DNA of 64,000 nt. Source: Capsulimonadaceae bacterium. GTDB lineage: Bacteria > Armatimonadota > Armatimonadia > Armatimonadales > Capsulimonadaceae. The notes below the pieces were generated by a model. It had not been told where the DNA came from and searched no databases. It saw only the letters and a program-made list of their open reading frames with translations. The stretch is taken from the NCBI GenBank assembly GCA_965215505.1, contig OZ244065.1, forward strand, positions 5,056,001-5,120,000, given 5' to 3'. The position numbers were made by a program, and so were the translations under genes. The stretch's first letter is position 1; each line of letters begins with the position of its first letter. Below are positions 63,919 to 64,000 of the stretch, piece after piece.

Positions 63919-64000
63919 CTACGGCCCCGCCGAGACGGCGGTAACGCTCCACAACTGGCTGGGCGTCTGATCCGTGTACGGCCCGTAGCCCACGACGGTG
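63919..64000 (-). CDS. C-terminal end of a gene entering from the right edge (QxW, ricin-B-lectin-like)
   Basis: Minus-strand reading ...TVVGYGPYTDQTPSQLWSVTAVSAGP*, followed by a terminator. Confidence 0.45.
   Translation of the reverse strand, partial: TVVGYGPYTDQTPSQLWSVTAVSAGP

Overview
High-GC bacterial chromosomal segment. The gene repertoire suggests phylum Armatimonadota (inference): VPEA-type PEP-CTERM protein, prepilin/DUF1559-type proteins, ECF sigma with a transmembrane extension, Firmicutes-style flagellar genes and a TolC system. In order it holds: the 5' part of hen1 (RNA repair methyltransferase, missing from the ORF track); an extended ECF sigma; ten co-oriented NAD(P)H/flavin oxidoreductases behind a TetR; an RND-MFP-TolC efflux system with an OmpR-type two-component system; a rhamnose/AI-2-type sugar ABC transporter; a stand-alone GmrSD-type nuclease; transaldolase; a flagellar cluster (fliK-flgD-TIGR02530-flgE-flbD-motAB, then fliLMNOP) interrupted by a PadR cassette; a BlaI/M56 pair; a small sigma factor; Nif3; an orphan divergent gyrB/parE; a DUF433/DUF5615 toxin-antitoxin pair; secreted proteins; a NarL-type two-component system; and a TPR pseudogene. 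No rRNA, tRNA, CRISPR array, transposase or integrase was recognised. Most notable non-coding signals: (1) a leader peptide + antiterminator + intrinsic terminator ahead of the small sigma factor, followed by a structured RNA candidate; (2) five families of REP/REPIN-like palindromic elements, one embedded in-frame in the M56 gene; (3) an 18 x 18-bp minisatellite inside the hook-ruler gene fliK. All calls come from reading the sequence and translations; no database searches were run.
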